Below are positions 1-13,316 of a stretch of DNA of 64,000 nt, piece by piece. The stretch covers positions 4,092,001-4,156,000 of the forward strand of contig NC_043001.1 of the NCBI RefSeq assembly GCF_006345805.1, written 5' to 3'. The stretch is from Octopus sinensis (Eukaryota). The notes under the pieces were generated by a model that saw only the letters and a program-made list of their open reading frames with translations, searched no databases and had not been told where the DNA came from. Both the position numbers and the translations under genes were made by a program. Every line of letters starts with the position of its first letter. The stretch's first letter is position 1.

Positions 1-153
1 TCTTTGATTATTGTTGCAGTTCATTCCCTTTCATTTATGAGTATTTACATTTGTGTCATCTATTATGATATTAAAATAATTAACAGTAGACATAAGAATC
101 ATAGCTATTTATTCATGCGAAAATGTGAATTTAAGCTTTGTAATATATATATA

Positions 154-213
<60 letters not shown>

Positions 214-221
<8 letters not shown>

Positions 222-343
222 GTTGTGTACTGTCAATCTAACAAGAACGTGACAGTAGGGGGTACACCACCACTGTATAGCCCTAGGTGGTGTACCCCCT
301 ACTGTCACGTTCTTGTTAGATTGACAGTATACAACCATTCTAT
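214..343. mobile_element. Fold-back (hairpin) element beside (TA)n; MITE-like
   Basis: 58-bp arms at 214-271 and 286-343 are reverse complements with one mismatch; the loop is 14 nt. (TA)n lies immediately to the left and resumes at about 396. Confidence 0.75.
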
Positions 344-393
344 CGCTCCACCACCGTACATGTCTCTACGAGAGATTTAGAAATTCAATATTT

Positions 394-497
<104 letters not shown>

Positions 498-687
498 ATA
501 TATATATATATACATACATACATACACATAGACTCTCAGAACAAGACAGCATGGAACGATATTCCATCTATTTGTCCCTAGAATGCTTCTGTCTCGAACA
601 GAGGTTTTCTAACGGCGTAGAATTCTTAGTTATAAAATTATTGATTGTATGACTCTGTATTTTCTATCTATCGCAAGCGAGGTTATG

Positions 688-2045
688 ATACATTCACACC
701 ATAGATTGTCATCCCATACCAGTAAAAACAATCTATAATAAAGAACATTTAGTTTAGAATAACTAAATTATGTGCCAATGCGAATATTTTCAATCTCAAT
801 GAAGACTACTATAACTTGGTACTTAGCAAAGCAGGATATAAGGATAAAATTAAGTTCAATAAGTCAAATAAAGATTCTGATTTAAATAGTAATTTTGATA
901 CTGCAGATCTAAAATCTAGTGCAATAAATAAATATGGAAATTTAAAATCTAATACAGGCGTTGATAAAATAACCAGAGTACGTGCTTTTAATAGAGAAAA
1001 TAATCAAATGAACAATTATAATTCAAATAAAAGGAAACATTGTAGGATAGTTGTATTCGAGTTAAAAATTATCGTACTGCTAATAGAAATGAGGATGTAA
1101 TAGTCTCTAATTAAACATCATTTTTTTTAATAAAAAATCGAGTAAAACATTAAAATGTCAAAGAAACGCTAACATTAATATGGATCGAAATCAGAGAATA
1201 CTTTCCAAAACAGGTATGAACATCAAGATTATGATCTGAAATTGAGGTCTACTTAATGGTTAATTATTCCATTTGGTAAACAACGAAGTTATAATTTTTC
1301 CTAATTGTTTAATACAGCAATTCAAAAATATTTTCCTGTCAATCATAAATACGATAGAATTTTGAATAAGCGTGAGGTTCGCATGATAGTAACACATAAT
1401 CTTAAAATAATACTGAAATAGCAAAACAGATATTATAATCAAAGTGTGCATAACATCAAAACAAGAAAACGCTAAGAATTTAAATGTTGCTGTAGGGAGA
1501 CAACTTAATTAAACTTAGTTAACGGCCCATCAAATAACAGTACAGCTAGAATAGGAACAATGATAGCGTTTTCTACAGGAGTAAATAGTAATAAAGAACT
1601 TGGTAATAATGAATGATCAAATCAAAACTAAATCTGAGACAAATATAATATATATATAGTTGCAATTGTTCGAAACACGAACCCTTCTATGTGTAAATAA
1701 GTGTAAAAATAAAACTGTAATATATAGATGTAGCGTTACATCTGAGGGTGATGAATACGTTTACATCGGTGGGACATCATTCATTTTTAAGAGAAGATTA
1801 GTAAATTATTTGAGTTCATTTAGAAATAAACATAAAATATTCCCAACAAGTCCAAGCAAATTAATCTGGATTATTAAGGACAGAAGTAAAGACTATACTA
1901 TCAATTTGAAATTAATTTGTACTGCAAAATCATATGGAACTAAAAATGTGTCCTATGTTTCGAAGAATTTGACCAGAAATTTACATTGGAGACTAATGTA
2001 ATAAATTCTAGACAGGAACAAGTTTTCAGATGCTTGCAAATGAGG
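688..2045 (+). mobile_element. Decayed Penelope-like element (RT C-terminal region, linker, GIY-YIG endonuclease), many frameshifts and stops
   Basis: Frame-hopping translation gives IIKNI*FRITKLCANANIF, YYNLVLSKAGYKDKIKF, AIQKYFPVNHKYDRILNKREVR, CNCSKH, KTVIYRCSVTSEGDEYVYIGGTSFIFKRRL (ORF 1660-2001; GIY-YIG) and INSRQEQVFRC. These are PLE motifs in the expected order. Confidence 0.85.
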
Positions 2046-2747
2046 AACTTCACATTGTATAAATGAACAACAGACATTTAAACAACAGAATTGTTTGAAA
2101 TTATGGACCTTAAGTGATTACACAATCAAATCTTGAAGATTGTTTGCGTCTAACTTAACGGACAACTCTACACCATTCAACTCAGAGGAGAGAAGCGGAA
2201 CACTTTAAAGATTTAAATCGAAGGATATTAAGTAAAGATCCTGAAGAAACTGCAGAGGTATTATAGTGGGGTTGAAGTTGCAGTGGTTAGCAATCGATGA
2301 AGTTGAAATATGTATAGGTCTATGTAAAGCGGTATATAGTAAAACAAATTAAAGAGAATGGTATGCAACTTCGTAATAACCCGTATAACGCCGTTATATT
2401 TGACATGGCCATAGATAGCACGTGTGAATTCAGATCGGTGACGTTTAAATGACGTCATCAGTCTGCTGGAAGGATGGTGTTTGAAATTGTTAAACTTATG
2501 TGTTATGTGCAACAAATGAATCATTCAGAGCTAATTCATCTCAGCTAAATTTGTGCCTACAACATTTTCAGACTGGAAATATGTATATAGAAAACTGAGT
2601 GATTGTTTCGTTCTCCGATGTTTCCAGACCATATCAACGCAGAAACATATGCTTTTGTGGACCCCAGGAGTGCTTCTGCGCATCTACAATATTTATACTT
2701 GAATAAAGCTTACATCAATTCGGGTATAATGCTTTATATGACTGAAC

Positions 2748-2799
<52 letters not shown>

Positions 2800-3479
2800 T
2801 TAATAAAGGTATGTATTCGCATATATAAATGTATATATATATATATTATATATATATATATATACTTATTTAGATGTATATATGTATGTACGTATAAGAT
2901 TGTGTGTACAGACAAATTTATGTGCGTGGATGTGTATGTAAATTTGAATAAAATATTTCGAATTCTTCAAGTAAAATATCATTGACATTGTATCTAGCAA
3001 GTATTTTGCTGTATATGTAGACAGTACATTCATTTCGATGTGTTTAGTTTTTCTTGGCTGTCAGCAATACATAGTTGAGGATGTTACTAGTAAAAGACGG
3101 ACATCATTGTGTGTTTATTATAACGTTATTTCCTCTCAGCTTATCACTTCACTTCAAACTGACTTAACAATAATTGTTAAGAAACAGTTAAGAATTTTTG
3201 AAACGTTTTACCTTTACACATTAAGAACGTTTTATTCAAATGTAGACTTCAAAATTTTCTGCTTCTAAAAATAATTTCATAAATAATGTACGTAATCGAC
3301 GGAAAGATAGAATAATTATTAGAGTTATATCCTGATATAAAGATGTTTGAATATTAGTACATTTTCTATTTATTATAATTTTTACAAACGTATTTTAAAA
3401 TCTAAATCACGAAAATATTTCAATAATTTCAATAATATCATTATTGCTTTTAGAAATAACTTTCAAAGTTTTCTACGCT

Positions 3480-3790
3480 CATAACAGTATACGATATTTT
3501 CATTTTACTAGTGCGTGGCCCAGATTTTTACATCCACTTCTTAGATAATTACATTTGTAAAGCAGTTTCCATTAAGGAGACAAGCAACTTTTGTTTTGGA
3601 ATTGCATTCGGTTTTCTTGATGGTACTCATTATACAGCAGATACATTTTTTACAGATGTAACTGACATTGACATTAGATTCGTTAGAATGTTCTATGGCA
3701 CTTACCATTTGTTTGAAGTGATTTTTATCAGGGCAAATGAAATTTATCAATATTTAATTATTCTGAAGTGTGAGCTAAGCAATGCTGTGT
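3480..3790 (-). mobile_element. Probable PLE linker/GIY-YIG fragment, strongly decayed
   Basis: ORF 3541-3750 (-) ends KKTECNSKTKVACLLNGNCFTNVII, which resembles the CNC..CPL.G.CL...VIY linker of the PLE lineage at 688-2045. Confidence 0.45.
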
Positions 3791-4544
3791 TGTGGTTTTT
3801 ACGTTTGCTTCTTCGTTAAATTTCTCTTCATTCATTATTATATCTAAAGGCTCTTTATGTAGATTTGGTTTACTAAGCGATATGTTATATATAGTTATGA
3901 TTATGCTGCTGAAGTAAATAATAATTAAAATGTTGACAAGATAAGAATATATAAACGGAATGATATCAAAGTGTATGGCAGGCTATTCATAGTCATCGAC
4001 GTTTATGTCTATCTAGGAAGCTAAAGATGTAAATTAGGTGGTGAATATAAATCAATGTCAAATTTGTGAATATCCTACTGACCTATTTATTATACATTTC
4101 CATTATAAGCTAGGACATTAGGTTCAAGTGTACTCAGATATTTATATATAATTACAAATTTGAAGACAAGATAATTGAACGATTCGGAATAAGGATTGAT
4201 AGTTACAAAAAGGACAAACGGATGAAAGACTTGTAAATTATGCTTCATTCAAATATTCAAAACAAAGATGTTAGAGAGTGTTCTAAAGGCCAATTCGTCT
4301 CCGACTACAGAAACAAATTCCTTCTTACTCGCAGTCAAGAAACATGACACTGAATCACAGGAAACTATATTTGGCAATGAAATTGATACTTCATTTAAAT
4401 ACCAGAATATTCTGGAGAAAATTATGAAAAATGTAGTCACAGCTACAATACACACAGGCGCACACACACTTATTCATATGTATGTATGTATACATATATA
4501 TGTGTGTGTATGTGTGTGTGAGTGTGTGGGCGTGTGTGTGTGTG

Positions 4545-4748
4545 TGGTGCATGGTTGGCTTTGTGGTAAGTAGCTTACCTACAAACCAGATGGTCCCGGG
4601 TTCAATCCCCATTGTGTGGCATCTTGGGTAAATGCCTTGAACCATAGCCTCGGGTTGACCAAAGACATGTGAGTGGATCTGGTAGACGGAAACTATGCCT
4701 GTCGAATATACATATACACACACACACACACACACATATATATCTATA

Positions 4749-4787
<39 letters not shown>

Positions 4788-4895
4788 GTATATATGAATG
4801 TATGTAGGTGTGTGCATGTTTGAGCCGCATGATCGCTGACAGCCAATGTTAGACTGTTTAGATCCTCGTAACTAAGCGGTTCGGCAAAATAAGTA
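4545..4895 (+). mobile_element. SINE family B (tRNA head, CORE-like domain, internal TA/CA tract), diverged
   Basis: Colinear with the copy at 26538-26949: GTGGTAAGTAGCTT head, GGTTCAATCCC B-box, CTTGGGTAAAT, GTGAGTGGATCTGGTAGACGGAAAC, GCGGTTCGGCAAAA. Confidence 0.8.
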
Positions 4896-5309
4896 GGGTA
4901 TCAGAATACCATTTGCTAGAAAGTGTAGCTACTTCTCCAAAACAACAAATTTCTCCCTTTTAATAAATACGATCTGGGAATGCAGCGAATATGGGGAAAT
5001 AATCTTACCTTTTATAAACGACAGAGGCAAGAAACAGATATCCTGTTATCAATTGATGTCGTATTTTATACCTTTGTACTTAATGATCGTCAGCCAGTGT
5101 CACTGAATGCATCTATTTTTGAAATTATTCACCACCTTTGCACGTTTGCTCAATTTAATGGCCCCACCGCCTACGCGACATTAAAAAACAAACATAAAAT
5201 GAGTCAGTACAATATAAAATGATATAAAGTATTATTATTATTATTATTATTATTTTAACGACAGCAACAACAACCACACTGATAATGATAATGATAATAA
5301 TAATAATGT

Positions 5310-5495
5310 GGCCAGCAAGTTTAACCTCTATAAGTAAAACATAGAAACATCTAAATTAGGGTACCGGGATGCCACCTGCTGGAAAGAGGAAGCAACAAAG
5401 GCTGAACAAATATTGACAGGGGTTGGAGAATGATTGAGCCCCAAGGCTTTATCAGAGAGACCATAATGTTAGGAATCAGACATATTATGAGGTAA
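5310..5495 (+). mobile_element. Possible 3' fragment of an R4/Dong-type LINE after an (AAT)n tract
   Basis: RETIMLGIRHIMR resembles the terminal ..LGT.HILR motif of restriction-like-endonuclease (RLE) LINEs. It follows (AAT)n like the copy at 55.6-56.2 kb. Confidence 0.35.
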
Positions 5496-6280
5496 AATAA
5501 TAAAATAAACTAAAATGACAACATAATAGAAATAGTAAAAATGGCGAAAACGTCAGTTCCAAGGTAATATCCATAATCCATGGGATTACATCTTATGATA
5601 AAGAAAGTCAGTTCCAGGTGTAATTTCCACAGGTTATGAGAGTTACATCCGATTTCAGTGTTACAGATGGAAATAGCGAGTGCAAGAGGTTGAATGGGGT
5701 GGTCCATATAACAGTAGTCAAAAGTGAGGTGCTACCTGCTATTTAATAAAACATCATAGAAGGAATTTTAGAAGTTAACTTAATGTGAACTTATTTGGGG
5801 ACATCAATACATACGTATATCAATGGAAGAGAAATTTAGATAAAGAATGAAAGAGATATTATTACTCATTACTTATGAACAGAAACCTCATCCCAACACC
5901 CCTATGAACAGCGAGGTGAGGCGAAACGTACTCCTACTGCTTAATTAGTCCGCTAATGCTTGAAAGCAATGGTGCTGTTCAGGTCCGTTGAATCTATCGA
6001 TAAAGTACAAGTAAAACAACAATAAAAAATATTTGATGAATGTTCAGACATGTAAAGCATTATACCCGAATTGATGTAAGCTTTATTCATTTGGTCCAAG
6101 GGGCCTTACTTAATAAGTGGGCGATGAAAAGTACTTACGGTTATGGATATAGTAATTATTATGATTATATCTGAGATATATATCAAATTAACTTGTAATT
6201 GTCTGAGCTGGAAATAATAAAAGAAGATGCAATTAGTGGGAAAATAAACCCTGCTCGACTCTATCAGAGGGAGGTAACCG

Positions 6281-6346
6281 ATTAATACATTAATACATTA
6301 ATACCTTAATACATTAATACATTAATACCTTATCATATTAATACAT
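6281..6346. repeat. 8-bp minisatellite (ATTAATAC)n, about 8 units
   Basis: Direct reading of the sequence. Confidence 0.85.
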
Positions 6347-6441
6347 TGTCATATTAAAATGCAGAGAGACAATAAACACTGATGTAAGATTTAGGAAATG
6401 TTATTCCGTTGTGTTTAGATTTTACATATATATGTGTGTGT

Positions 6442-6651
6442 GCTGAAGAAGAGGTAATTTCTACTCTTCTCCTCTGGAAGCCATCTACTCGCAATGCCAT
6501 AGGGCGCACACTCTCCTACCCTGATGTAATCTCCAGGGAAACAGGCATCCAGCAACAGGACCTCCGTAATGCCATGATGGACCGTGAAGTCTGGCGTAGC
6601 ATGGGAAATTCCATTGTTTCGACCACGGTCGAACAATGATGATGATGATGT
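6442..6651 (+). mobile_element. 3' end of an RTE-type LINE with (GAT)n tail
   Basis: EEVISTLLLWKP...DLRNAMMDREVWRS...EQ* matches the RTE C-terminal AM.DR..WR motif. The stop runs straight into (TGA)n. Confidence 0.7.
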
Positions 6652-7454
6652 GTGTGCCGGTGTGTGTGTGTGTGTGCGTGTGTGTGTGTGTGTGTGTGCA
6701 TGTGTGTGTGTGTGTGTGTGTGCGAAAAACTTAATGGATCATCAGATAACGCAACAAATTATTATCAGTGTTACAGAAAGGTTTGAACTGGGAACAATTC
6801 ATTAGCACATGCAAATAATTAATTGTTTTACGAAGGTCTACTGAAATGTCCCTGGCGTCGTGTAAAAGCGTTGTGGAAAGAGCATCATCAGTTATTTATG
6901 ATTTTATTCGACAATTTCCCCTCTCAGATTCACACAGTTATTACGGCGGTCCTTCGCTTTTTCTTGACCCTATCGGTTTTTCTAAACCAGGAAATATTCG
7001 CCACATACCGGAATATTCGTGCAAGTTGCTGCATGGTTAACAGCATTTGGTTGCAACGCTTAAAATACTCAAACTCCAAAGCAGGACAAGAGTAATCACT
7101 TTTTCGAAAGAGAGCTTGGAATTGAAAAGGTTTGACGCAATTACGAAATCGCACTTAGAATACGAAAGAACAAGCGTTCAATAAGAAAGGAAAAAGTAAA
7201 AAAAAGTAGATGGACAAAGCACATTGAATTCTCACTATAGCACACGCTATGAGACAAAGAAATGTCTATTACTAGAGTGGGATAAGTTGGTATAATGGTT
7301 TGCTTAGTCTAACAACACAACAACCGTTGCCGGACATGAATTTCGTGATTATTCCATCAAATTTCAAAACAAGGAAAGAAACAATTAAAAGCACGCATCA
7401 AAATTCATCTCTCTATCTGCAACTGTCCGCCAGTCTGTCTGTCTGTATCTCTCT

Positions 7455-7608
7455 GAAGAAGAAGAAGAAGAAGAAGAAGAAGAAGAAGAAGAAGAAGAAG
7501 AAGAAGAAGAAGAAGAAGAAGAAGAAGAAGAAGAAGAAGAAGAAGAAGAAGAAGAAGAAGAAGAAAAAGAAGAAGAAGGAGAAGAAGAAGACGAAGAAGA
7601 AGAAAAAT
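7455..7608. repeat. (GAA)n microsatellite
   Basis: Direct reading; explains the poly-K and poly-S ORFs. Confidence 0.97.
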
Positions 7609-7967
7609 TGATTCTGAACTTTTCTAAGAATTCACTTATTACAGAAACGTTTAGCCTAAAATAAATCAAGGTTGCTGGAGGTGTTTAAGAAATCCATTAC
7701 TGGTTCGCTTCAGTAACCATCCTCATGGATGAGTGAACGAATTCTTCAACAGGGGTCTCTTCAAACACATGAGTTATGGACGGATATTTTGGTGCTTTCA
7801 AATTATTTGAAAAGAAATATTTAAAAATCTATTACCGTTCATTCTAACATTCATATGCACAGATAAATTCAGAACACATATACAGTGTCACATATACAAA
7901 CATCACAGACGCACAACCACCAATATCTACATAAGTATTTATATATATATATATGTGTATATATATA

Positions 7968-8051
<84 letters not shown>

Positions 8052-8159
8052 ATATATGTGTGTGTATATGTATATTTATACATACATGGTGCTATTGAGT
8101 TAGTCATGGCCTAGGCCGATAATGGACGAAACCATCTAATATATATATATTGTGTTGTG

Positions 8160-8448
8160 AACCCCTTCGGTCATGATAGGCCATGGGATTGCACCTAGAA
8201 AGTTACCCTCCGAGGCACAAGTCTGGGCAAGGTTGTTTAAGGAAGAAGACCAGCAGTCGCCCATGCATACCAGCCTCCTCTCTGCACGCCACCGATGTTA
8301 TCCAAGGGAAAGGCAAAGGGGCCGATACAGCTTGGCATCGGTGACGTCGCAGCTCACTTATTAACGTGCAAGTGGTTGAGCACTCCACAGAAACGTGTAC
8401 TTTTAACGCAGTTCTTGGGGAGATTCAGCGTGACACACAGTGTGATAC
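8160..8448 (-). mobile_element. Composite SINE fragments; 8358-8448 is the family C tail
   Basis: 8358-8448 is the reverse complement of 29990-30065 (TGTGTCACGCTGAAT...GTGGAGTGCTCAGCCACTT). 8160-8345 is a GC-richer repeat-like segment that I cannot assign. Confidence 0.55.
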
Positions 8449-8638
8449 ATGTAGGAGGATCATGCAAGACATGTATTTGGAATTTTTGAGACAGAGTCCA
8501 GCAATACAAAATCTACTGTTAAATGAATCGTCAGTTATCCTGATGCCATTACATAATTGGTGAAAGGAATAAAGTGGACATCTAGCAATACATAGACAAA
8601 GTGAGATGTTGTAATAAGGGTCTACATATGCATATTTA

Positions 8639-8639
<1 letters not shown>

Positions 8640-8672
<33 letters not shown>

Positions 8673-8673
8673 C

Positions 8674-8764
<91 letters not shown>

Positions 8765-8765
8765 C
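8640..8765. repeat. (TCTA)n microsatellite followed by (TC)n and (TA)n
   Basis: Direct reading. Confidence 0.97.
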
Positions 8766-9001
8766 ATCTCTCTCTCTCTCTCTCTCTCTAATATATATAT
8801 ATATATATATAATTATTATTTAAGGGAATAAAATCCAAACTTACAAGGAAAAAAATTCAATTTAGAAATACTAAATCAAATTTCACATAAAAATTACAAA
8901 AATAAACACCTTTTATCAATTCAAAATGTAATTTCCTAGATGGTGTAATTTAATTATTCATTTTGAATTGATAAAAGGTGTCTTTGTTTTCTTATTTATA
9001 T

Positions 9002-9081
<80 letters not shown>

Positions 9082-11041
9082 CTTCACAGATCGCTAGCCA
9101 CTACACATTGTATCTTGTTCCTTTCTGTGGAAGAGTGTCGGCTCTTAAAATTTAAAGACTTTTTTCACTTCCCGAACGTTATACCAGTACAACTGTTTGC
9201 TGTCTACAGCACCTGTCACCAGGAAGCGCATACTTTTATCTGTTTCAGTCATGTGACAGCGGCCATGCTCGAGCAAGTTGAATTTAACGACTTACAACTG
9301 TTTAATCTGTTTCCTTTATCCATTTAATTCTGGTTTTATCCTGTATATACTCCCTTAATCCAGGTATCTATTTCTAACTATCCCTACAGTCCACTGACCA
9401 CACCTAATCTAAATTTCACCTATTTAATAGATATAAATACCTTATTCCTACATATTACCAAAACTTCAACACCTCACCTCTCACCCCGAACCGACATTTA
9501 CGAAGAATAATTGTGGCATCTTATCTATATCTTTATTCTATTTTCTTTTAATTTTTTTGATTTTCCTTTACTTTCGTTCTCATTCCTTCTTTCCCCCAAC
9601 TGGTCTTTCTGTCTTTTCACTCTTTTTCCTCTCTTTCTCTTTCTTTTTTCTCATTCTTCTTCTTTTCTCTTTTCTCCTCTCTCTTTTATCCACTCATTCA
9701 CAGTCCACTGCTCTCTATTTTATTGTCTCTCTTTCTCACTTTATATACCCACGTGGACCGCTAGCACGTCATCAATTACTTCAACATGAACGCTTTATTC
9801 AAAATGTCAAAATAATCCCTGGATTTACTTGATACTATTAATCTACGACCTTCGGTCTCAGTAAACCACTATTGTCCCTGAGAGTTGCTTCATTTATATT
9901 TACCACGGAATGCTTCCTACATCTCGATCCATGAATCCTACACATAGAAACACACACACTCACATACGCATATGCATACACACATACACGCACGCATACA
10001 CACAAACACACGCGCGCGCGCGCATATACTTTGCTAAAATACAATCGCTCAGAAACCAAACGTGCTATTACGATCTGGTAGGTTAACGTATTAGAAATAT
10101 GTACAAACATCTATCATATTACACTCCACATCCTTAAGCCTATAATTTATTAGGTAATGGGATTATAATCTCAAGTCAGAAATGCAGATACAATGATAGT
10201 GGTTAAAACGTATTTCAAAATAGATCTGTTTATTTAACACTAAAGTACAAGAAATAGGTCACTAATTTACAATAAACCAACCAAATTGAGCAGTGATTGA
10301 GATCAGATACAGATGATAAGCGATACACGGAACATCATCTATCCGACTGTTTTCCAGATATAGCTAGGAACATTAACGAATTCTTTTTAAAAAACGGTAA
10401 AATGGGATTTAATTGGGATACAGTCGCTATTTCTAGCAAAGTGACTATGAAGAGGCTCCTATTTTTACTTGCTAAACATTATATATATATACACACATGT
10501 GACAGTATGTGTATATTAGATGAGTGGTGGTGATACTGAATCAGGCTATGTGCGTGTATCGATATGAATATAAATAGGAATGGCTCCTTAAGTGTTCCGT
10601 TTAAAATAATTTCAATACACCGTATAATTTCTAACAGCACCACAACTCAAGTATTAGAAAAGATTCCTTTCCTTTCAAGAATTGTTCAGCAATGCATGAT
10701 AATATTCAGTGAAGCGCACAATTAATGTATGTATGAAAGCCCGAGGCAACCCTGATTATTTTGGGTAACTCCATTCTCTTCTTTAATGCGAAGATATTTC
10801 AATTAACTGAAAACACATTAAGAGTTAAACACCAGAAACAATAAAGAGGTGTAAATTGTTTTACAGCAGTTTATCTCTCAATGAAGTCAAATTGGTTTTG
10901 TGTTGATTTTTTTTTGTAAAATCAGAGGGCTTTTGCAGATCATACACACGCACCACATATGTATGCATACGTATGTATATGTTACCGCGTGTGTGTGAGT
11001 GTGTGTTTGCATGTGTGCATGTATATATGTATGTATCTCTT

Positions 11042-11126
<85 letters not shown>

Positions 11127-11310
11127 ATTTTGCTCCTGTTTCTAATTATCTCAAGTCTTCTTGTAAGTAGGTGATGATTTCTAACAAAGATACGTTTTTC
11201 TGTCTTCGGAAAGTAGATAACAAAGTATCATAAGTTTACTTTAGAAAACTCTTTCATATTTTTATTGTTCTGCTTAGAGATTGTAGTTGTAATCTGCATG
11301 TTGGTTGTAC

Positions 11311-11471
11311 TTTATTTACTTTACTTATATTTGACGGATATTTGTCATCGTTTTGTTTGTTGTTAATACAACGTTTCGGCTGATATACCCATGGGGATAT
11401 GGTGTAGTGGTTAATGGCGTGGGCTGCTAACCCCGAGATTCCGAGTTCGATTCCAAGCAGTGACTTGAATG

Positions 11472-11506
<35 letters not shown>

Positions 11507-11573
11507 AAGTAATAGTAGTAGTAGTAATAGTGTTGGTGGTGGTAGCAGTAGTAGTAGTAGTAGTAGTAGTAGT

Positions 11574-11652
<79 letters not shown>

Positions 11653-11863
11653 ATAACAATAACATCAAAATATGCCTAAGGAATGAGAACCCAAATTTGA
11701 AATTTCCCCAAGACATCTGAAGAAAGCTTGAAGGTATATCAGCCGAAACTTTGTGTTAACAATAAAGAAGATGAGGACAAATATCCGGCAAATGTAAATA
11801 ATGTAAATAATGTACATAATGTACATAATGTACATAATTCCTCATCTCTTAAATATAGAACTG
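11311..11863 (+). mobile_element. tRNA-headed, hammerhead-tailed element with inverted partial tail at its 5' end (locus 1)
   Basis: 11329-11390 is the reverse complement of the tail at about 11731-11800. The tRNA-like head at 11393-11468 has A-box TGGTGTAGTGG and B-box GAGTTCGATTCC. An (AAT)/(TAG)/(CAG) tract spans 11470-11662 and the tail spans 11663-11863. Confidence 0.85.
11712..11757 (+). ncRNA. Degenerate minimal type-I hammerhead ribozyme
   Basis: GACAT-CTGAAGA-A-AGCTT-gaaggtatat-CAGCC-GAAAC-TTT-GTGTT. The consensus of four copies is GACAC CTGATGA A GGCTG N10 CAGCC GAAAC GTT GTGTT. Confidence 0.7.
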
Positions 11864-13316
11864 CATGTTAATTGGTTAATTACATTTTTGAAAATCTTAA
11901 CATTCTCAAGCTGCCACGTTGGCATTTAGTTATAAACCCAAGTGCACTGTTTTTGGTAGTATGAATGTGAAGGTATAATCTGGGTAATTAAGCTTAGGTT
12001 TACGAAACAGTTTCCCCGTAGTTATCCTCACTTGCATTTTCGGAGACATGTACCCATCATACTAGTAAGGTAGCTGAACTTAATGGTGGTACATGTTTAT
12101 CCCGTATATATCTGTATGGAATGAAAGTCCATACTTAATATTTGATTTAAATGTGATACTACATTGGTCTGCACAAGTCTATAATTCTATGACCAGCCCA
12201 ACATTCTGCCCTGCCCATTATCCTTATTGTAAGAATGTCGCTTATTGATTATTCGCTTTTCAGTTTTCTAACACATGTTTTCGTACACGTCCTAAAAGGT
12301 TAAAAGCTTGGAATTTGCTGTCTTTTTGCAGTTCAGTATTATTCATAAGTAGCCACAGAGTAAGACTTAGAGAATGATTCTAAAGTGAAGTTATACGAAA
12401 GAGCATAAAAGAGTAACGGTTTCGGGAAAGGAAATTTGCAGACTGTTTTGTAGAATATGATTCAAGAATTTCTAAGTGTTTAAAACGGATCAGGTACGTC
12501 ATGCCCAAATTCTTGCTCAATCTTTTAAACCCAATGTCAATGAAAATTTAAAAAATTGAAATGTGTCATTGCGAATAGTTTCAGATAAATGAGAGATGTG
12601 CATCACATGCCCTTTGTGCAAGAGATGCACAAGGAGCAGCCAACAGGAAAATTTGTCATGGGTTATACACTATTATAAAGAAACTATTTGAGTCGGAAAC
12701 ATAAAATGCGAACAAGGTACAGCACTTTATAAAGGAAATGCATCTATTCAAATGCGCTAGGTGGGACATTATTGGGACTTTCGCAATGAGGCTCTTGAAA
12801 TCAACAAAAAATTAATCAATTCCATGAAACATCCTAGAGGAAAGGATGCCAATATCCTCACATGAAGTCCTAAGAAATGGCAGTAAAAAACTGAACAGAA
12901 ACAGAAAGTAACTAATTGAATGGTTGACATTTTTAAACCTTTGACTGTTTTTCACTGGAATGAAGGAGAAACCTCACTTGATTGTTCAGATGTAAAATTT
13001 ATGTCACTGTTTGAATCACGTTCAGAATATTAAATTGGAAAATTCCCCTGGATATCTCTTTCATGACCTCGGAAGCAAGTGGTGGCCTATCCATGTCTGG
13101 AACGACTACATAAAAATATAGTGTTCTAGCTCCTGTTCCAGAGTTTGTGCCTCTGAAGTGATGCATGTTCGCATTCATTTTCATGTAAATTTCAAAGAGC
13201 TCGAAGGACTCACAGACCATGTACTTGCTCTGCCTGGAAAAGTAAATCTAACAAGCACTTAAGCTTTTCATAGACGTGCGCTTATTGTACTCTCTCTATA
13301 TACAAATCTAATAAAA

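Noticed and set aside
2235-2290. Hammerhead-like CTGAAGA-A-ACTGCA...TGCAGT after the first PLE
   Set aside because: There is no GAAA after the stem, so the core is incomplete.
5905-5940. CTATGA...GCGAAACGTA hammerhead-like string
   Set aside because: The core lacks a base, stem II has only 2 bp and stem I does not pair.
9120-9180. CTGTGGA-A-GAGT-GTCG-GCTC, a possible remnant of another hammerhead-bearing repeat
   Set aside because: The GAAAC half is absent and there is no second copy in the window to build a consensus.
11393-11468. tRNA-Ser(GCT)-like gene
   Set aside because: A/B boxes and an anticodon-like arm are present, but the acceptor stem does not close, the Ser variable arm is missing, and it runs into a repeat tail. 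It is treated as a SINE head; the same applies to the heads of families A, B and C.
11792-11836. (ATGTA(A/C)ATA)n 9-mers as telomerase-like additions by PLE RT
   Set aside because: Copy number varies (5 here, about 3 elsewhere), but a fixed sequence (...CTCATCTCTTAAATATAGA) follows them at three loci, so they are internal slippage rather than terminal additions.
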